Positions 59,627-64,000 of a DNA stretch of 64,000 nucleotides are shown piece by piece. The position numbers and the translations under genes were made by a program. The stretch lies in contig JAJVHY010000012.1 in NCBI GenBank assembly GCA_022072455.1, forward strand, positions 233,236 to 297,235, given 5' to 3'. The notes below the pieces were generated by a model. It saw nothing but the letters and a program-made list of their open reading frames with translations. It had not been told where the DNA came from and did not search any database. Origin of the DNA: Verrucomicrobiia bacterium (GTDB lineage Bacteria; Verrucomicrobiota; Verrucomicrobiia; Palsa-1439). The first letter of the stretch is position 1. Every line of letters begins with the position of its first letter.

Positions 59627-60184
59627 TTACTCCATCACTTCCACATACAACGTCCCAGCCCGGCTCACTTGCCGGACCCGCTCCCGCACAAACCCAATGA
59701 TCTCATCCGCCAACACCCGGCAACTCTCGCCCCACCGGCGCGCGCCCCGCAGGCGCATCACGCAGGCGCGCAGCCCGCGCAGTTGGACGAGTTCGAGGTC
59801 GTCATCCACCACAGCGGTCAGTTCCGAGTCGAGCCGCCGGTAAAAACCGAGTTCAAAGTCCGCGCTTTCGGTCAGCCGGTCGAGGCGAATCTCGGCAAAC
59901 TGCCGGCGTTGTTCATAGGCGCGGGCGATTTCGTCGAGATCGAGCATCGTCAGCACCGCGTTGACGAGTTCCGCGATCTCACTGGCGGCAATCGTTTGCT
60001 GGCGACAGGTGTCCGTCGTGTAAAGATGGATGGCCGACGCGATGGATTCCGCGAGCAGGTGCTCGGCCAAGCCCGCGGTGGCGACGGCGTTTTGGATGGA
60101 CGCCGCCAACCGGACGTTGTCGAACGGCGCCAACCGCCCCGCGGCGTCACGCACCCACGCGATGTCTTCGCGAAGCTGAATCAT
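59627..60184 (-). CDS. hypothetical protein
   Basis: 185-aa ORF immediately downstream of nrdR (4-nt overlap). Confidence 0.5.
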   Translation of the reverse strand: MIQLREDIAWVRDAAGRLAPFDNVRLAASIQNAVATAGLAEHLLAESIASAIHLYTTDTCRQQTIAASEIAELVNAVLTMLDLDEIARAYEQRRQFAEIRLDRLTESADFELGFYRRLDSELTAVVDDDLELVQLRGLRACVMRLRGARRWGESCRVLADEIIGFVRERVRQVSRAGTLYVEVME

Positions 60185-60663
60185 CGCTTCCTCCGCCGCG
60201 TGGATTTACCGGGGCGTTTGACCATGCGCTGGATCTCGTGAATGAACTGCTCGGCATCGTGAAACTGCCGGTACACTGACGCGAACCGCACATACGCAAT
60301 CTCGTCGAGTTTGCGCAGGTGCTTCATCACCCGTTCCCCAATCTGTTCGGAGGTGACTTCCCGGCCATATTCGTTTTCGAGTTCCGTGATGATCCGCTCC
60401 ACGGTCGCTTCAATCTGCTCGGTGCTGACCGGCCGTTTCTCGCAGGCCCGCTCGATGCCATTGCGAAGTTTGCGCCGGTCAAACTCCTGGTAATCGCCGG
60501 TCCGTTTCTTGACCCGCATCGGCTCATGAAAAACCTGCTCGTAGGTCGTAAATCGCGTCCCGCAATCCAGACATTCACGCCGACGCCGAATCTGCGCGCC
60601 GTCGCTGCTGCTGCGCGAGTCAATGACTTTGTCGTCCTGCTCTCCACATTTGGGGCAACGCAT
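60181..60663 (-). CDS. nrdR: transcriptional repressor NrdR
   Basis: MRCPKCGEQDDKVIDSR...CLDCGTRFTTYE zinc ribbon plus an ATP-cone. Confidence 0.9.
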   Translation of the reverse strand: MRCPKCGEQDDKVIDSRSSSDGAQIRRRRECLDCGTRFTTYEQVFHEPMRVKKRTGDYQEFDRRKLRNGIERACEKRPVSTEQIEATVERIITELENEYGREVTSEQIGERVMKHLRKLDEIAYVRFASVYRQFHDAEQFIHEIQRMVKRPGKSTRRRKR

Positions 60664-60743
60664 GAAGAAATCGCAATCACTCCTGCCGGAGTCTCGTAAC
60701 ACGCGCTTCCCGGTGGGTCAAGAGTGCGTTATCCTGCCGGCGC

Positions 60744-61565
60744 GTGAAACGCGTCATGCACTACCTCCTCACCATTGTTATCCTTCTGGTCGGCTGGTGT
60801 CTCTTCCTGGTCTGGCGTGAACCCAGCATGATTTACTACCCGGACAAAACCCCGTTCCGCACCCCGCCCGGCGTGACCGACTTGGCGTTGACTGCGAGCG
60901 ACGGCGTGAAGATTCACGGCTGGTTCGTCCCCGGCCCCACCAACGCGCCACTGACCGTCCTCTTCTTCCACGGCAACGCCGGCAACCTTTCCCACCGCGA
61001 CGAGAAGATCGCCATCCTCCGCGAACTCGGCGCCAACGTCTGCATCATAGATTACCGGGGTTATGGACGAAGCGAAGGTCACCCCCATGAACAAGGCACT
61101 TACCGGGATGCACAGGCGGCTTACGATCACCTCACCAAAACCCAGCACCGCGACCCGCGCACCATCATCATCTATGGCGAATCCCTCGGCACCGGTATCA
61201 GCGTTGAACTGGCCGCGCGCGGCCCGGTCGGCGGCCTCATCCTCGAAGCCGGGTTCACCTCCATCCCCGATGTCGCCCAAGAACTTTTCCCCTTCCTCCC
61301 CGTCCGGTATCTCGTCCGCAACAAATACGAGTCCCTCCGCAAGATCACCGGCGTGACCGCTCCCGTGTTGCTCCTCCACAGCCGCCAGGATGAAGTCTTC
61401 GGCTACCGGCACGCCGAACGGCTTTACGCCGCCGCGCACGAACCGAAGCGGTTGGTGGAACTGCGCGGCGGCCACAACGACGCCTTTGTCCAGAGCTTGC
61501 CGGTCTATCGGGGCGCGCTGAAAGAGTTCTTCGCGAAGCTTGCCGCCTCCGCCGACTCTCGCTAA
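60744..61565 (+). CDS. alpha/beta hydrolase (BEM46/esterase-like) with an N-terminal TM segment
   Basis: GESLG nucleophile elbow and a FHGNAGN oxyanion region. Confidence 0.7.
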   Translation: MKRVMHYLLTIVILLVGWCLFLVWREPSMIYYPDKTPFRTPPGVTDLALTASDGVKIHGWFVPGPTNAPLTVLFFHGNAGNLSHRDEKIAILRELGANVCIIDYRGYGRSEGHPHEQGTYRDAQAAYDHLTKTQHRDPRTIIIYGESLGTGISVELAARGPVGGLILEAGFTSIPDVAQELFPFLPVRYLVRNKYESLRKITGVTAPVLLLHSRQDEVFGYRHAERLYAAAHEPKRLVELRGGHNDAFVQSLPVYRGALKEFFAKLAASADSR

Positions 61566-61576
61566 TCTACGCGGCC

Positions 61577-62110
61577 ATGAAGAAAACTCTGGCCCTGCTC
61601 CTCTTCGTCGGCGCGAGTGTCGTCCCGGCCTTCGCCCAAAGCACCGCGTGCCCCGTCCGCCTTTCCGCCATCGTGACCTACGACGCGGCGGAAGATTTCC
61701 CGACGCGGATCAAAATCGGCAAACGCAACCTCGTCAGCGAGCCGGAAAACAAACTGGTGCTGATACTCGACCAAGACACCCCGGCCTTGCGGCTGGTCGA
61801 AATTGACAGTGAGACAAACGAAGTGGCGGTCCTCGCCGAATCGACAATCTGCGTCTTCCTCCCCGGCAATCACTTCGCCGGCGACTTGGAATTCGACTCC
61901 CTGGAAATCACGCACGAGAACGATGATTTCGCCGGTGAAGCGAAACTGCAACTCCGCGGCCAGTTTTCCGTGGATGACGAAGGTAATCCCTATCGAATTA
62001 TCAAGGCCGCGCTGTTGGGGGTGCTTGACGACCCGCTATTGCCGGCAATGATCAAAGGCGATTTCACATCTGACGGTCGCGGCTTCGATGCCGACGAGGC
62101 CGGTCTCTAA
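61577..62110 (+). CDS. secreted hypothetical protein
   Basis: Has the signal peptide MKKTLALLLFVGASVVPAFA. Size is 177 aa. Confidence 0.55.
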   Translation: MKKTLALLLFVGASVVPAFAQSTACPVRLSAIVTYDAAEDFPTRIKIGKRNLVSEPENKLVLILDQDTPALRLVEIDSETNEVAVLAESTICVFLPGNHFAGDLEFDSLEITHENDDFAGEAKLQLRGQFSVDDEGNPYRIIKAALLGVLDDPLLPAMIKGDFTSDGRGFDADEAGL

Positions 62111-62128
62111 CCCCCCCGAAGGAAATCC

Positions 62129-63364
62129 ATGGCTGAGATTCAACCGTTCCACGGCGTGCTGTACAACACCGCACGCGTCAACCCCGCCGACGTCCTGACC
62201 CAACCCTACGACAAGATCACGCCCGAAATGCGCGAAGCGTACCTCAAACGCTCGCCCTACAACCTCGTGCAGATCGAACTCGGCAAGGAACAGCCCGGCG
62301 ACAACGACACCACCAACAAATACTCGCGCGCCCGCGATCTTTACCAGCAATGGCTCAAAGACGGCGTGCTCCGGCGTTCGAACAAGCCGGCCTTGTATTA
62401 CCTCGAACAGGAATTTGCCGCGCCCGACGGCTCCGGACGGAAAACCCGCACCGGTCTCATCGCTCGCGTCCGGCTCCATCGCTGGGACGAAGGCGTCATC
62501 CTGCCGCACGAGCACACCTTGTCGAAACCGAAGGCTGACCGGATGGCGTTGCTCAAGGCGGTCGGTTCGCAGCAAGGCCATATCTTCATGCTCTATCCGA
62601 AGCCGGCCAAACCCGTCCTCGCCCGCCCCGCCGGCAAGCCGACGCTCGAATGTGTGGACGACTACAGCGTGACCAACCGGGTCTGGGAAATCACCGATCC
62701 CGCCGCGATTGCCGGCGCGCAGGCCGCGCTGCGCGATTTGAAGTTCTACATCGCCGACGGCCATCACCGGTACGAAACAGCCCTCGCCTACCGGGACGAG
62801 ATGCAAACGGAAGCCGGCAAGTTCGTCATGGCGACGCTGGTTGATATGAGCGATGCCGGCCTCGTGGTCTTGCCGACGCATCGCACCATTGCCAATCTGA
62901 CCGGCTTCGACCGGCAGAAGTTTCACGCCCAACTGGCGCCGCAGTTTGAAATCACACCGCAGACCAAACTGTCGCTCACCGGCCACACCATCGGGATGTT
63001 TGATGGCCAAGGGTATTTCACGTTGCGGCCAAAAAACCCCGCCGCGCTGCGGCCCTTGTTTGCGAACAAGCCGCCGCTGTGGGATACGTTAGATGTGGCC
63101 ATTCTCCACGTTGCCATTTTGGAAGCGTTGCTGGGCATTGACGAAAAACGCCTCGCCGAGGAAGCCAACGTCAGCTACTGGCGCGAACCGGAAAAAGCCG
63201 TCGCCCAAGTCCAAGCCGGCAAAGCGCAACTCGCGTTCTTCCTGACGCCGACGCCGGTGCCCGACGTGAAAGCCATCGCCGACGCCCGTTCACGGATGCC
63301 GCAGAAGAGCACCGATTTTTACCCCAAGCTCCTTTCCGGAATGACGATTTACGAGGTCCGGTAA
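62129..63364 (+). CDS. DUF1015 family protein
   Basis: FYIADGHHRYETAL and PTHR motifs are typical of DUF1015. Confidence 0.7.
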   Translation: MAEIQPFHGVLYNTARVNPADVLTQPYDKITPEMREAYLKRSPYNLVQIELGKEQPGDNDTTNKYSRARDLYQQWLKDGVLRRSNKPALYYLEQEFAAPDGSGRKTRTGLIARVRLHRWDEGVILPHEHTLSKPKADRMALLKAVGSQQGHIFMLYPKPAKPVLARPAGKPTLECVDDYSVTNRVWEITDPAAIAGAQAALRDLKFYIADGHHRYETALAYRDEMQTEAGKFVMATLVDMSDAGLVVLPTHRTIANLTGFDRQKFHAQLAPQFEITPQTKLSLTGHTIGMFDGQGYFTLRPKNPAALRPLFANKPPLWDTLDVAILHVAILEALLGIDEKRLAEEANVSYWREPEKAVAQVQAGKAQLAFFLTPTPVPDVKAIADARSRMPQKSTDFYPKLLSGMTIYEVR

Positions 63365-63367
63365 CGC

Positions 63368-63760
63368 ATGATTTCGTTGCGCCAAGACCAGCCCAAGGGA
63401 CACAAACACACGAAGGAAGATCTCCAATTCGAGATTCACTTCTTCGAGGGCGTGGCACAACGGGATCCCAAATATATCGAAGCGCTCCAGATTCTCGGTG
63501 ACGCCTACACCAAGACCGGCCAGTGGAAAAAAGGGTTGGCCGTGGACAAACGCCTCGCGAAACTTTGTCCGGATAATCCACTCGTCTTCTATAATCTGGC
63601 GTGCAGCTATTCGTTGTTGGGCAATGTCGATGCCGGCTTCGCCGCGTTGGAACGCGCCGTCAAACTCGGCTACCGCGACGGCAAATGGTTGGTGAAAGAC
63701 CCCGACCTCGATAATCTCCGGAAAGACAGCCGCTTCGAGGCGATCCGTCGCCAGCTTTAG
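63368..63760 (+). CDS. TPR repeat protein
   Basis: Tetratricopeptide-like helices (ALQILGDAYTKTGQWKKGLAVDKRLAKLCPDNPLVFYNLACSY). Confidence 0.6.
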   Translation: MISLRQDQPKGHKHTKEDLQFEIHFFEGVAQRDPKYIEALQILGDAYTKTGQWKKGLAVDKRLAKLCPDNPLVFYNLACSYSLLGNVDAGFAALERAVKLGYRDGKWLVKDPDLDNLRKDSRFEAIRRQL

Positions 63761-63768
63761 GCCGCCGG

Positions 63769-64000
63769 TGAACATCCAGTTCCAGTCCAACCTGAAACCC
63801 AAAGCCGCCCTGGGTTGTCTGACCTTGTTTCTGCTGCCGTTTTTTCTGGCCGGTTTCGGCATCATCGCTGCCGGCGCGCGCAAAGTATTCCGCGGCGAAA
63901 AAGATGGCTGGTTGATCATTGGCTTTGGGTTGTTCTTTGCGGCGTTTGCTGGCGGATTCTACTGGCTGGGTATTCGCGGCACGAAGGATTCGGCACTCCA
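63769..64000 (+). CDS. membrane protein, N-terminal fragment (continues beyond window)
   Basis: GTG-initiated frame encoding two TM helices (LGCLTLFLLPFFLAGFGIIAAG...LIIGFGLFFAAFAGGFYWLGI). It runs open to the window end. Confidence 0.4.

Overview
This is a high-GC (~63-66%) bacterial chromosomal segment from a Gram-negative organism, judged from lipoproteins, TolC/RND efflux genes and an lspA gene. The lineage cannot be fixed from the sequence alone; the gene content is compatible with a Verrucomicrobia- or Acidobacteria-like organism.

Layout of the window:
- **Left edge, minus strand:** a respiratory nitrate reductase operon. An Rrf2 regulator, a Thermus-type diheme cytochrome c (NarC-like) and the 5' part of narG are joined by ATGA stop/start overlaps.
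- **Diverging from it:** a molybdenum-cofactor block (CMD-family protein, MOSC-domain protein, moaA).
- **Insertion:** a lower-GC type III restriction-modification pair (mod/res) lies between moaA and a moeA that is truncated after ~165 codons and followed by a ~570-bp low-GC scar.
- **Housekeeping run:** recQ, then truA, ruvX, a UPF0175/PIN toxin-antitoxin pair, manC, trpA, coaX, birA, nadC, uvrB, hisK, lspA, a DksA-like gene, ileS, xseB, dxs, tlyA, nadK and a PtsN-like EIIA gene.
- **Accessory stretch at 37.7-44.4 kb, the most interesting part:** two tail-fibre-like hypothetical genes; a ~320-bp array of sixteen 21-bp tandem repeats; a ~230-nt multi-hairpin intergenic region; and a low-GC (46-52%) overlapping two-gene cassette. 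Gene A of the cassette has a PD-(D/E)xK-like core. Gene B encodes an 860-aa helical protein with no NTPase motif. This cassette is the best candidate for an undescribed defence or toxin module.
- **Downstream:** a coupled pair of single-TM proteins; an AraC-type regulator; a duplicated ~160-bp element with CAGNAGN heptamer tracts upstream of a citramalate/isopropylmalate synthase; a czcCBA-type heavy-metal RND efflux operon with a 22-bp perfect inverted repeat embedded at the 5' end of czcB; rpoN; a GHMP kinase; HIT; nrdR; hydrolases; and a DUF1015 gene.

Several long ORFs that lie antisense to conserved genes are treated as GC artefacts.
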